Shown piece by piece: positions 39,169 to 52,230 of a stretch of DNA of 64,000 bases. Source of the stretch: Octopus sinensis (Eukaryota); contig NC_043004.1 of the NCBI RefSeq assembly GCF_006345805.1, positions 78,244,001 through 78,308,000 of the forward strand, in the 5' to 3' direction. The notes beneath the pieces are model-generated. The model made no database searches. It was not told the DNA's origin and was given only the letters and a program-made list of their open reading frames with translations. The translations under genes and the position numbers were made by a program. How positions within the stretch are numbered: position 1 is the stretch's first letter; each line of letters begins with the position of its first letter.

Positions 39169-40596
39169 GTGGTATATATACACATATGTGGTATATATAC
39201 ACATATGTGGTATATATATACATATGTGGTATATATATATATATGTGGTATATATATATATGCATGTGGTATATATATATACATATGTGGTATATACATA
39301 TATGTATATATATACATATATATGTGCTATATATATACATGGCGGTGCCCCAGCATGGCCACAGCTCATTAGTTGAAACTGGAAAAATCAAAATCAATAT
39401 GTGCTATATATATATACATATATATATGTGCTATATATATACATATATATATGTGCTATATATATACATATATATATATATGTGCTATATATATACATAT
39501 ATATATGTGCTATATATATACATATATATATGTGCTATATATATATATATATATATGTGCTATATATATACATATATATATGTGCTATATATATACATAT
39601 ATATATGTGCTATATATATACATATATATATGTGCAATATATATATACATATATATATGTGCAATATATATACATATATATATGTGCTATATATATACAT
39701 ATATATATGTGCTATATATATACATATATATATGTGCTATATATATACATATATGTGTGCTATATATATACATATATATGTGCTATATATATATATATAT
39801 ATGTGCTATATATATATATATGTGCTATATATATATATACATATATATGTGCTATATATATATGTGCTATATATATATACATATATATGTGCTATATATA
39901 TATATATACATATATATGTGCTATATATATATACATATATATGTGCTATATATATATACATATATATGTGCTATATAATATACTATATATGTGCTAATAA
40001 TTATATACATATATATGTGCTATATATATACACATATATATATGTGCTATATATATATACATATATATATGTGCTATATATATATATATACATATATATG
40101 TGCTAATATATACACATATATGTGCTATATATATACACATATGTGCTATATATATACATATATATGTGCTATATATATATATATATATATGTGCTATATA
40201 TATATATATGTGCTATATATATATATACATATATATGTGCTATATATATATACATATATATGTGCTATATATATATACATATATATGTGCTATATATATA
40301 TATATACATATATATGTGCTATATATATATACATATATATGTGCTATATATATATACATATATATGTGCTATATATATATACATATATATATGTGCTATA
40401 TTATACACATATATATATGTACTATATATATACACATATATATGTTGCTATATATATATATACATATATATATGTGCTATATATATATACATATATATGT
40501 GCTATATATATAACATATATGTGCTATATATATACACATATATATGTGCTATTATATATACACATATATGTGCTATATATATACACACACACACAT

Positions 40597-40665
<69 letters not shown>

Positions 40666-42163
40666 TACTATATATGTGCTATATATATATATATACATAT
40701 ATATGTGCTATATATATATATATACATATATATGTGCTATATATATATATATACATATATATGTGCTATATATATATATATACATATATATGTGCTATAT
40801 AATATATATATACATATATATGTGCTATATATATATATATAATATATATGTGCTATATATATATATACATATATATGTGCTATATATATATATACATATA
40901 TATGTGCTATATATATATATACATATATATGTGCTATATATATATATATAATATATATGTGCTATATATATATATATACATATATATGTGCTATATATAT
41001 ATATATACATATATATGTGCTATATATATATATATACATATATATGTGCTATATATACATATATATATACATATATATGTGCTATATATACATATATATA
41101 TACATATATATGTGCTATATATACATATATATATACATATATATGTGCTATATATATATATATATACACTGCCTCATTCGACCATCCCCTTTAGTACCCT
41201 CCCGCCTCGTATATCCTACGTTTTATTTCTTAGGAACCTTCACCAACCCCTTCCTGCCATCGTTCCTCCATACCCCAACCTTCCCCACTGGTTGCTCCCC
41301 TATTTACCCGCCTCAACTGGACCCCCCCCTCCCCAACTCAACTCTAGATATCTGTATTTCTTTCCTCTACCTAATTACGTACTCAGTGACGATAAATGCT
41401 GTGACTACAAAGACCCGGGCTGCTTTCTGCAGCAATTCCACATACCCCCTACCCATTCTAAGTACCCGGATCCCCAAAGTACCCGGATCCCCAAAGTACC
41501 CCGGACCTCGTTGCCCCCGTGCCGCTGACACGTTAAAATGCTCGAACCGATCGTGACGATGCCGGACCTTCCGCCCCTGTGCAGGTGGCACGTAAAAAGC
41601 ACCCATCCACTCACGGAGTGGTTGGCGTTAGGAAGGGCATCCAGCCGTAGAAACTCTGCCAGATTCAGACTGGAGCCTGGTGCGGCCCCTGGCTTCCCAG
41701 ACCCGGTCAAACCGTCCAACCCGTGCTAGCGCGGAAAGCGACGTTAAACGATGATGATGATGATGATGATGATGATATATTGTGCTATATATATAATATA
41801 TATACATATAATATGTGCTATATATATATATATATACATATATATATGTGCTATATATATATATATATACATATATATATGTGCTATATATATATATATA
41901 TACATATATATATGTGCTATATATACTATATATATGTGCTATATATACATATATATATATATTGTGCTATATATAATATTATATATATATTGTGCTATAT
42001 ATATATATATTATATGTTGCTATATATATATATATATATATATATGTGCTATATATATATATATATTATATATGTGCTATATATATATATATAATATATA
42101 TATGTGCTATATATATATATATATATATATATATGTGCTATATATATATATATATATATGTGC

Positions 42164-42194
<31 letters not shown>

Positions 42195-42227
42195 GTGCTA
42201 TATATATATATACATATATATATGTGC

Positions 42228-42264
<37 letters not shown>

Positions 42265-42547
42265 GTGCTATATATATACATATATATATGTGCTATATAT
42301 ATATACATATATATGTGTGCTATATATATATACATATGTGTCCTATATATACATGTATATGTGCTATATATATATATATATATATGTGCTATATATATAT
42401 ACATATATGTGCTATATATATACATATATGGGCTATATATATATACATATATATATGCTATATATATATACATATGTCCTATATAATATATATACACACA
42501 TTCATGGGCTATATATATACACATGCGCTATATATATGTGTGTGTGC

Positions 42548-42578
<31 letters not shown>

Positions 42579-42610
42579 GTATATATAGCACATATGTATA
42601 TATATGTGTA
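39010..42610. repeat. (TA)-based minisatellite with TATGTGCTA/TACA spacers, two blocks (39010-41165, 41775-42610)
   Basis: Unit about TATATATACATATATATGTGC; the long Y/I/C/M ORFs here are artefacts. Confidence 0.95.
41530..41775 (+). mobile_element. RTE-3'-related short repeat (aggaagggcatccagccgtagaaac...gttaaacgatgatgat)
   Basis: Young, CpG-rich copy with (GAT)n tail. Related copies at ~3060, 8595, 9195, 9700, 11880, 13540, 14110, 15185, 48050, 54140, 54735, 57960. Confidence 0.8.
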
Positions 42611-44195
42611 TGTATGTGTGTGAATACCTCATCGGTCTACCGTAGCATAAATTCGGTTTCCTCTCCTGTATATCCCCCAGTAACTATCATCATATTAATA
42701 TCATCTTATTAACAGTTATTAGTAGCCGACTAATAATAAACAAAAGGGGGGAGAAAATCAATAATCGATCACCTCGCCCCATCCTTCTCACCTTCCTAGT
42801 AAATTGTTTAAATCAGGTTTTTCTGCAGGTATTTCTGCATCCACAAAATACTTGCATTTTATATATATATATATACTGCCTCTCTCTCTCTCTCTCTCTC
42901 TCGCCTTAAGCATTATGATTTCCTTGTTATTTTTCCAATGGAGCTTTGCTGGCTTATTATTATTATTATGTCATCCTTTTCAGCTATGACCATTGAATGT
43001 TTCAAATCTATGCCTTTCAACAACGCATCATCACAGCAACAAACACACACACACACACATACAAATAATAATAATAATAATAATAAAGGAACTGGACATG
43101 TAAATATAGCAGAGACCAATTTCTTCGCGTGTGTGTGTGTGTGGTTTTTCGCAGACACCTGATCACATGATATCACTTGCTTCATAAAACCGTTCGTTTC
43201 ATCCCATAATTCTGTCTTCGCTACCCCCTACCCCCTCCCCACCCCGCCCCGCACCTGCAGCAAGAAAGAATACAGATATTTCAGCGAAGAAGGAATATAT
43301 TTCTAATTGCCTTTTATCCGCGTCATTTTTTTTTTTCAATTCAATTTTAATATTTATTGTGTTTGCGTTGCGTGCTTCCTCCCCCTTTTCCCCCCTTCTC
43401 CCGCGCACACACTTGCAGTTTTAATTTCTTCTCTTCTCCTCCTCCGCCCCCCCACCCCACCCCTGCCAAAACATTACATCTTTGTGAAACGTTAACTGCC
43501 AGTCAACCACCACCGCCGCCGCCGCCGTCGCTTTTTACAAGGCATGCAACTGGAGGTAGGTGTGTGCACTTGAATGTTGCAGCAATATCTCTAATCTTCC
43601 TGTTGCATTGCAGTGCAACATTGCTGATGATTACCTGCATGTGAGGGGGACGGTGGTGGTAGCGGTGACGGTTGATAGTTATTTATTATTATTATTATTA
43701 TTTTTTTGTCTTTTTGTCGTTTTAAATACGATTTCGCTCGTCACTGTTAATACAAAATATTGATCCGGGACACACCTCTTCTAGCTGTAGTATTTTGGTT
43801 TCGCCTCCTCCGTTACGTTTCGGATATACTCTATACTGAACGATGCCTATCACTTCCAGGCAGATGGAGAATTCATCAAGGTACTAGGGGCCTATAAGTA
43901 GGAACAGGATCCAAATGGATGCTGCACAGCAAATATCTTTGAAGAGCTAGGCGTTTTCTCTTCGTTTTCTTAATTCTCTTGAAGAATTACTGTGCCATGT
44001 TGTGGAGGAATGTTATTGATAACTCGATGTGTGCGTGAGTGTCATGTGGGCAAAAATCGTTATCGGATAGAACATGATTTTCTATCTTTGTTTTGCAGTA
44101 AATAAACATAATATACGGGAGGATTTGTGCAGTGTGTGTGTGTGTGTGCACGAGTAAAGTCATGTGGAGCTGAGTCAAACTTACACATTTGTATG

Positions 44196-44203
44196 TGTAC
44201 ACA

Positions 44204-44278
<75 letters not shown>

Positions 44279-44283
44279 TCACA

Positions 44284-44358
<75 letters not shown>

Positions 44359-44536
44359 TCACACTCACACTCTCTCACACACACACACACACACACACTC
44401 ACACTCTCTCTCTCACACACACACACACCACACACACACAACACACACACACACTCTCTCTCTCTCACACACACCACACACACACACACACTCTCTCACA
44501 CACACACACACACACTCTCTCTCTCTCTCTCACACA

Positions 44537-44566
<30 letters not shown>
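44196..44566. repeat. Compound (CA)n/(CT)n microsatellite
   Basis: Direct inspection; the H/T/L/S ORFs are artefacts. Confidence 0.95.
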
Positions 44567-44567
<1 letters not shown>

Positions 44568-44796
44568 ATTATATATGCAAGAAGTTCACTTCCGAGTCAT
44601 ATGGTTTCGCTTTCAGTCCCACTGCGTGGCACCATTTGGCCTTACGTTGACCAAAGCCTTGTTAGTGAATTCGGTTGATGGAAACTGTAAAAAGCCTATC
44701 GTGTGTGTATGTGTGTGTGTGTAACAGTTTGACTCAGCTCCACATGACTTGTTTATTTACTCCCATCCATCCATCCATCCATCCATCCATCCATCC

Positions 44797-44839
<43 letters not shown>

Positions 44840-45149
44840 GTGTTTGTGTCTCCCATCTCTTCACATCAGGCAATAATTACAAATGATCGATAACATTATA
44901 GAATTGGTGCCTTTCATTTCCAGTTTTCTTGAGAAACACGTCTGGCCATGGAGAAACATTATTTTGTTTTCAAATAGTCGAGATTTGGTGATAGGAAGGA
45001 CATCACCGTCACAAAAAAACAAACAAAAAAACTGCTGCAATGAATTCCATCTACTCCACAGAACAGTGGCTATTAAAGGGATACTGGTGATGGTGACTAT
45101 AAATTATATATACATATGTGTCTGTATGTATGTGTGTGTGTGTTTGTGT

Positions 45150-48030
45150 GTATCATGATTGTCATTATTTTATATCTATCTCTTGTGCTGGGTTGGATGG
45201 TAAGGTCAGATCCAGCAAGTCAGTGGGAGGGTGGATGGTTGTTCTTCCTAACGCCAACCAATTTATGGGTGGCTGGGATGGGGGTCTTGGTTACATCTTT
45301 CCTAGCACCGGCACCAAAACGACAATGGCTAGATGGGAAATATGAGAGAAGAGGGTGATTGATGTGAGGGTGAAGCATGAGAGAAAGCTGTACTATTGTG
45401 CAAGGATGGTGGTGACAGTGGAGGGAGTAAGCGAGTGGATGCGGGGGGGGGGGTTGGGAGGGCGAGTATGGAAGGGAAAAAGGAAGTGACATAGGGGAGC
45501 AGGGAGGAAGGAGTGAGAAAGTTTGACAATGGCAGAGAAGCTGTGAGGAGAGGAGGGTGGGAGGTGATGGGTGGAGGAGCTGTGAGAGAAAGAATGGCTG
45601 GAAGGTATTATAGAGGTGGGGTTTGGTGAGAAGATTGCTGTGGAAACCTCCCAGGAGAAAGGGAGATAGCCGGGAGCAGTGGGTTGGAACAGTAAGGGCA
45701 TCCCAACCAGCATGTTACCAATTGTTGTGGTTCCTTGTTATCTTCTTTTGTGAGTTTCTATATCTTGAGATTAGTTTTTTTTTTTTACCTCTTCATTCTA
45801 TGTCTTTCTAGGTCATCCTCTTCCACAAGCACCATCCACTTAGGGCATTTGACACTTTTTATGCAGCTGTTATCACCGTTATGCATCGCATGCACATACT
45901 GGTGCACTCTTCTCTTTTGCAAACTACATCTGATTCCTTTTATACACAGTTTTCTTCTCAGGTCATCTTTACTGAAACCTTCCAAGTCTATAAACATTAT
46001 ACATCCGTCAGAGTATGCTCACCTCATTTGTTTCTAGCTTTTGAAAAGCTTCTGCATGCAGGGCCTACATTTCATTACCATTTGGTAATGCTCTTTGCAC
46101 ACAAGCCTCATACAATCTAGCCTTTACCTTGAGAGGAAAGCCTTTTGTTGTTGGCACAGGTAGTAGTTTCCAGAACCTTATTTTGACCTTATTTTTACTC
46201 TAGCTATTATCTTTTCAGAGCAGCCACTCCTGTTGCTAATTACATACCCTACTACTTTTAGGGAGACTTTATGGCAGTTGAAAGACTCTGTCACTTGTGT
46301 AAGCTGAATTCTTCTGTACATCTGCCAGAAATGGGGGCCACCTTTGCTGTTAGCCTACCTATGATCCCACTATGCTTCTGACATGTCTATTCTTTACACT
46401 GGACACACTGTGTGGAATTTCTGCTTCCTCCTTTACTAAGCACAGCCGTTTCTTTGATGGCTGCTGACTCCTAACTTCTTTCCTGTTTGCTAGAATTTTT
46501 GTCTTGGGTAAGTTTACTTTAAGACCCCTCAATTACAGGTTCTCCTTCCATTTCTCAAATTTCTTCTCCAGATCTTCCACAAATTTTGCTATCAGAACAA
46601 GGCAATCTGTGTACAAGAGTTCCTACTTAAAGCCAGTCTTGAACCCCTTTGTTATGAATTGGTGAATTATAATAAAGAGGAGAGAGCTGAACACTGAATC
46701 CTGTGCAACCCCTACCTATAATTAAATCATAATTAACTCTCCCAGCCATTCATCTATTTCCACCTTCCTTAGCACCCACCAGAACACAGCATGAGTGGCC
46801 CTGTTGAAAGCCCTTCAGATCCATGAATGCTAGGTATAGAGGCTTACTTGTAAATATTTCTGTTGTAACAGCCTCACCAAGAAGATGGCTTCAAAGGTGC
46901 TTCTTCCTTGTGCAAAGCCAAGCTACATCTCATCTAAGCTGACCCTGTTCCTAATAACTTTTGCAATAACACTTTCTCTGTAACTTTCCTGTAACTGTTG
47001 ACCTGGCCCAACAATTTCATTCCTCTGTAGTTTCCTCTCTCTGAGGCATCTCTTTATCCCTTGTAACAGTTTACAATAATGCTGCTTCTGCAGGCATTGA
47101 GCATGACACCTGGTATTACCTGGCTAAACTATACTTTACTTCATCAAATATTTTAAACATCTCGACAACTATTTCAAGTGAGTCAACTGCTTTGCCTGGT
47201 TCCATATCCTCACAGGTGCCCTATCTACTATATTGGTTTCAAATTTTGGAAAAAGGTCAGCAAGTTTAGTGGACGGGCTAAGTTAATTAAATCGACCCCA
47301 GTTTTCAACTGGTACTTATTTTATCAACCCTGAAAGGATAAAAGACGAAGTCAACCCCAGTTGAATTTGAAATCTGAACATAAAGTCGAACGAAATGCCA
47401 CTAAGCATTTTGCCCAGCGTGCTAACACCCTTTCTACTACTGTCAACTTGCATGGTCAGTCCCTCTGTTGGGTTTACTTAAGGTAAACTCTCTCTCTCAT
47501 GCATTCTCCTTATTCTGTAGCCCCTTACAGTTTTGTTTTTTACAGAGTCAGTGAAAGCAAGTGTGCCATTGTCACCCCCTTAAATGCTTCTCTCTGATGT
47601 CTTTTCAATTCTCTCTCTAGTACACTGTCTCCCTGTTTTGAACACCCCAAACCCCAGAACATGTGCAAACTTCTTTCTTTCTGCCTTTCCCCTTAGTAAG
47701 TTGTCTAGATTCATTTCTGGCTATTTGATATTATTCTTTGCTAACCCCTTTCTTCCAGTATGTCTAAACTTATCTCTCGTCTTTTATAATACTATCTACA
47801 TTATTCTACTACCAAATCACTTATTGATCAGGCACAGAATTACCTGGATACTTCATCACCATTATTCATATTTATCTCATTGCAGCTCTTAGTGAGTATG
47901 CCACCCTCTGTCCTAAATGTGAGTGGCTGTGTTGCTCCTCTACAACAAGAACTTGCTTTCCTGACCACCTCTTCCCATATACTAGAACCTTTCATTTTCT
48001 AGCATAAAGCTACCCCCACCACTGTGAGTT
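45150..48030 (-). mobile_element. Long degraded RTE-clade LINE with nested SINE (~47250-47430)
   Basis: Remnants similar to YLAFVDLEKAFDR, ELLY, and LRRKL.I.GIRC..Q.RR; purine-rich 3' UTR; many stops. Boundaries approximate. Confidence 0.65.
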
Positions 48031-48559
48031 TCAGTCTTGTGAGCTGTTTGGCAACTTCACTAGTGCTGGTGCCAAGAAAAAGCACCCAGTACATGTAGTA
48101 AAGTGGTTGGCATTAGGAACGGGATCCAGCCCTAGAGGACCGGGCCAAAGCAGGTATCGGAGCACAGTGCGGTCCTTGGGCCCATTGGATCCTGTCAAAC
48201 TATCCAACCTATACAGACATGAAAATGATGATGACGTTATCCATAAATTCTACTTGTATCCCTGTTAAACATGCTGCCAAGATACAATTAAAAACAGAGT
48301 TTATAAATTTTTATCACATTAAGCTTTCCAGGGCAGGGCTGATAAAGCACACCAATTTTATCGAGATTTTTTGTGAGGCCCAACATGTTACATGTCACTG
48401 AATTTTTATCCATAGAGTTTGAGAATTTTTTTCATTGTGTGCGACAATATTGCTGTCATCAGTGTTCAAAAGTCTCGTATCAGAGGTACAAAAGTGTGAT
48501 TTAGAATTAATCCTTTTTTAATGAATAACTAATCAGTTGTGTAGTGGTGTTTTATTAAT

Positions 48560-48900
48560 ATTCTTAGTGATTAAAAGAAAACCCATCGTGCAATATACAG
48601 TAAATAGTCAGAGTAGTTATACCACCCTGTCTTACACCATCAGATATTAAAAATGGATTTGACCATTCTCCACTGATTATAATCCTAACCCTAATATCAT
48701 CAGGAAAAGGACTTAATGATATTTGTGGATTTGTCAGGACAACCAACTTTCCTGAGAATTGCCAGCACATGTCAAGGTTTACTGATGCAAAGGCTTTAGT
48801 GAGGTCAGTGGAGCAATACAGAGGTCAAGTCTCTGTTCAACATGTGCAAAATATGTCATTTGTTCCTTATCCAAAGTAAAACCTGGTTGAGATTTGGGAA
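48560..48900 (-). mobile_element. LINE reverse-transcriptase fragment (RTE-like)
   Basis: ILRKVGCPDK..NIIKSF..VRIIISGEWSNPFLISDGVRQG. Confidence 0.75.
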
Positions 48901-49101
48901 GAATGGCTATTGAACCATGACACTTCGTTATCAATCAAGGTTCTTAAATTCTAAAAACCAACCAGAAAATCAGAGACATGCTTTTGGTAGTCATCTAATA
49001 AAAACATGAACCCTGCTGCCTTTCTTTAGAACTCTTACTGAGTCACACCTGCAAGCTTAAGTCTTGTAGGCTTTTTTTTGCCATTTACATTATTTTGGGA
49101 A

Positions 49102-49602
49102 TACAGTTCTATGTTTAAGAGATGAGGAATTATGTACATTATTTACATTTGACAGATATTTGTCCTCATCTTGTTTGTTTTTAACACAATGTTTTGGCTG
49201 ATATACCCTCCAGCCTTCATCAGGTGTCTTGGGGAAATTTTGAACCTGGCTTCTCATTCCTTAGGTATTTTTCTGATGCTATTATTATTATTATTCAGGT
49301 CACTGCCTGGAATCGAACTCAGAATCTCTTAACCACTACTCTATATGGCGTAGTGGTTAAGAGCGCGGGCATATGGCATAATGGTTAAGAGCGCAGGCTA
49401 CTAACCCAAAGATTCTGAGTTCAATTCCAGGCAGTGACCTAAATAATAATAACAACAACATTGAAAAATACCATAGGAATGAGAACCCAGGTTCGAAATT
49501 TCCCCAAGACACCTGAAGAAGGCTGGAGGATATATCAGCTGAAATGTTGTGTTAAGAACAAACAAGATGAGGACAAATATCTGTCAAATGTAAATAATGT
49601 AA
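49102..49602. mobile_element. Palindromic tRNA-head/hammerhead-ribozyme retroelement, most complete copy
   Basis: Inverted arms, each tRNA-like head + (AAT)n + CTGA(T/A)GA..GAAA motif; 13-bp TSD attattttgggaa at 49089-49101 and 49603-49615. Confidence 0.8.
49509..49552 (+). ncRNA. Minimal type I hammerhead ribozyme motif (Penelope-type)
   Basis: acac-CTGAAGA-a-ggctg(loop)cagct-GAAA-tg-TT^gtgt. Stem I acac/gtgt, stem II, 1-bp stem III; family consensus has the palindromic AACGTT. Sister motifs at 4125-4168(-), 5907-5950(+), 11838-11879(+), 49184-49227(-), ~60807-60850(-). Confidence 0.65.
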
Positions 49603-50722
49603 ATTATTTTGGGAACTATACATTTCAAAAAGTTGATAGTTTTTCATGTTTTAAGATTATTGTTGACCATGTATACTCCCAAACTGAATCCCCCAGTTAA
49701 AGAGTGCATCACTTAGGGAAAGTCTCTTGTACAATGGCCCTAGGCCAAACAAGCCTTGTTAATGGATTTGACAGACAGAAACTAGAAGCCTTGTTATGTG
49801 TGTCTATGTGTTTGTATCCTTGCCTTGACATTAAATGATGATTATAATTGAGTATCACTGTTATACAAATGTTGTTTGTTTGTTTCCAGTTTTCCATCAG
49901 GAAATATTACCTTGCTTGGAAACAGGTGAGTGTTGGAAACAAGGAAGGCATCCATCCATAGAAAATCTACCTTAGCAAAATCTGTCTAACCTATGCAAGC
50001 ACAGAGAAGTGGATGTTAAATGATGATGGTGATAGGAAAATCTGCTTCCCACAAGCCATCTGGTAATTTTAAGACAGTTCAAAGCAACAAGTAACATCAG
50101 TGCATGAATATTTATAATAAAAGGAAGATATGGCTTGCAAAACACTACCATTCCTTACTTGGTTATGTGTAGAATCACTTAAACAAAACAATGGTCACAT
50201 TATGTTGAGTATTACCAAATTTTTATTTAGGCAACCTTCTCCTAAACAAGCTACCTCAACCATAGCTAAAGAGTGCAACTCAATCCATCACTTAGTGGAC
50301 TTGTAGCTCACTCATTCACCATCTCCAGTATTTCTAAATCCTCTGTGGAGTGGTTGGGACTAGGAAGGGCATCCAACCGTAAAAAAACCACAGAGGTATG
50401 GTGCAGGTTTCTACTTGGCAAGCTTCTGTCAAACCGCCTAATCCATGCCAACATGGAAGGAGGATGTTAAACCATGATGATGATGGTGTTTACTTTCCTA
50501 GATAGTCGTTGACCTCATGTTCGGTTCATCCATCCTTTGATAAGTCTTGTTTTAGTTCTGGATTTCAAATAACAATACTCACCAGGCTAGACTGGTCAGG
50601 GATGGCTCTGGTTTAATTGCAGATAGTTTAACCATGTAACAGGTTGTACCGGATTGTCAGCAGCATTCAGCTGTGGGTTGTAACAGGTTGTACTAGATTT
50701 TATACATGTCTATAGGTATATA

Positions 50723-51120
50723 TCTTTATATATAAAAGTCAAGTTGTGTGTCTGTCTCCTACGATTTAGATTCCTAACTACTCCCACATTTTGCAGTGCA
50801 GTTTAACCAAAACCGGGTATCTTATAGTCGTGATTCATATTGAGCCCTTCTGGGTATTAGCACGCATCTACGATGAGTCTACGATTTTAAAAGTAATTTA
50901 CCATCATTTTTCTTCATTTTAATGCATTTTTTTGCTATTATATAAGGGAAGTAACTCTCTAAAAATGTCTACGATGAGTCAACGATTTAAAAAAAAATTA
51001 CCATAATTTTTTTTCCATTTTTAATGCATTTTTTTTGCTATTTTTTGGATATAACTCTGTGAAAATGCTTATATAATTATTTCCCTTACAAACCCGAGCA
51101 ACGCCGGGCGATACTGCTAG
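50723..51120 (+). mobile_element. Non-autonomous Helitron
   Basis: 5' TC (a|tctttatatataaaag); 3' hairpin cccgagcaacgccggg followed by CTAG|t; inserted in an AT dinucleotide; internal ~100-bp tandem duplication. Confidence 0.85.
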
Positions 51121-52162
51121 TATATATATATATATATGGAAAACAAGAACGAAAATGTTACTTTCTTAAAATTGGGTACATTTTAATTTTCCATTACATG
51201 TTTCGGTTTTTGAAAAACCTTACCAAAAATATGTACAAAATGGGATATGTAAAGAGAAAAGAACTATTAAAAAAATTAAATTAAAATTAAGATTAATATT
51301 CATAGTTTACTTTCCTGCAAGAACACCTGATAATATCCTTTGGTTCTGATAGCATGACAAGTTCAACTGACTCTGACCACAAATTACTAATGTCTTTGTA
51401 AATTGAATAGTGTGGTCAAGACTTGTTTTCTTAGGAGTGGTTGTAGCCGTTGAATAACTAGCAGCATTAATAATGATAATTGTCATGGTGAAGTTGTTTT
51501 AATAGAAATCGGGTTCTTTGACCCCTTATCTTTATTTCTTATACACACACATATATATATATACACACACACTCACTTGTATACACATATACATATATAT
51601 TTATATATACACATACAAATGCATACACACATCCATATATAAACATATACATACACACACATGCATATATATATATATTGTGTGTGTACATACATTCAAT
51701 ACAGTAATCTCTTTAGTACTGGTGATATGAAACAAGCACCCTGTACACTTTGTGCTGTGGTTGGTAAAGTGAACAGAGACAACACGAGGTTTGCTAAAGA
51801 CAATATAATCTCAAAGGGGCTGGTGCCACAAAAACATGCGCCCTCTACACTCTGTAATATGGTTGGTATTAGAAAGGGCATCCAGCCATAGAAACCAAAC
51901 TAAAACTGAGACACTAGGGCAAGATTTAGTCTCCAACCTGTTGGACCCTATCAAACTACCTTACTCAAGCCTGCATGGGCAGCAGATGCAAGCATGATGA
52001 TGATAGTACAGTGGAATCTGCTTATTGTAATCACTGACAATGTTATCTACCAGTTATGAATTACATTAATGGGTTTACACCGTTTATTTAATGTTATCAT
52101 CTGGATATTATTATTATCAGTCAAACTGCTTTGTCTCAAGTCATTACAACACAAGGCTTCCA

Positions 52163-52230
<68 letters not shown>

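Noticed and set aside
39029-42712. Long ORFs (up to 339 aa) rich in Y/I/C/M/H
   Set aside because: Translations of TA/TG satellites, which lack stop codons by composition.
49102-49110. TA-CAGT terminus of the palindromic element suggesting a Tc1/mariner MITE
   Set aside because: Only one end has it, and three copies show 9-13 bp TSDs rather than TA duplication.
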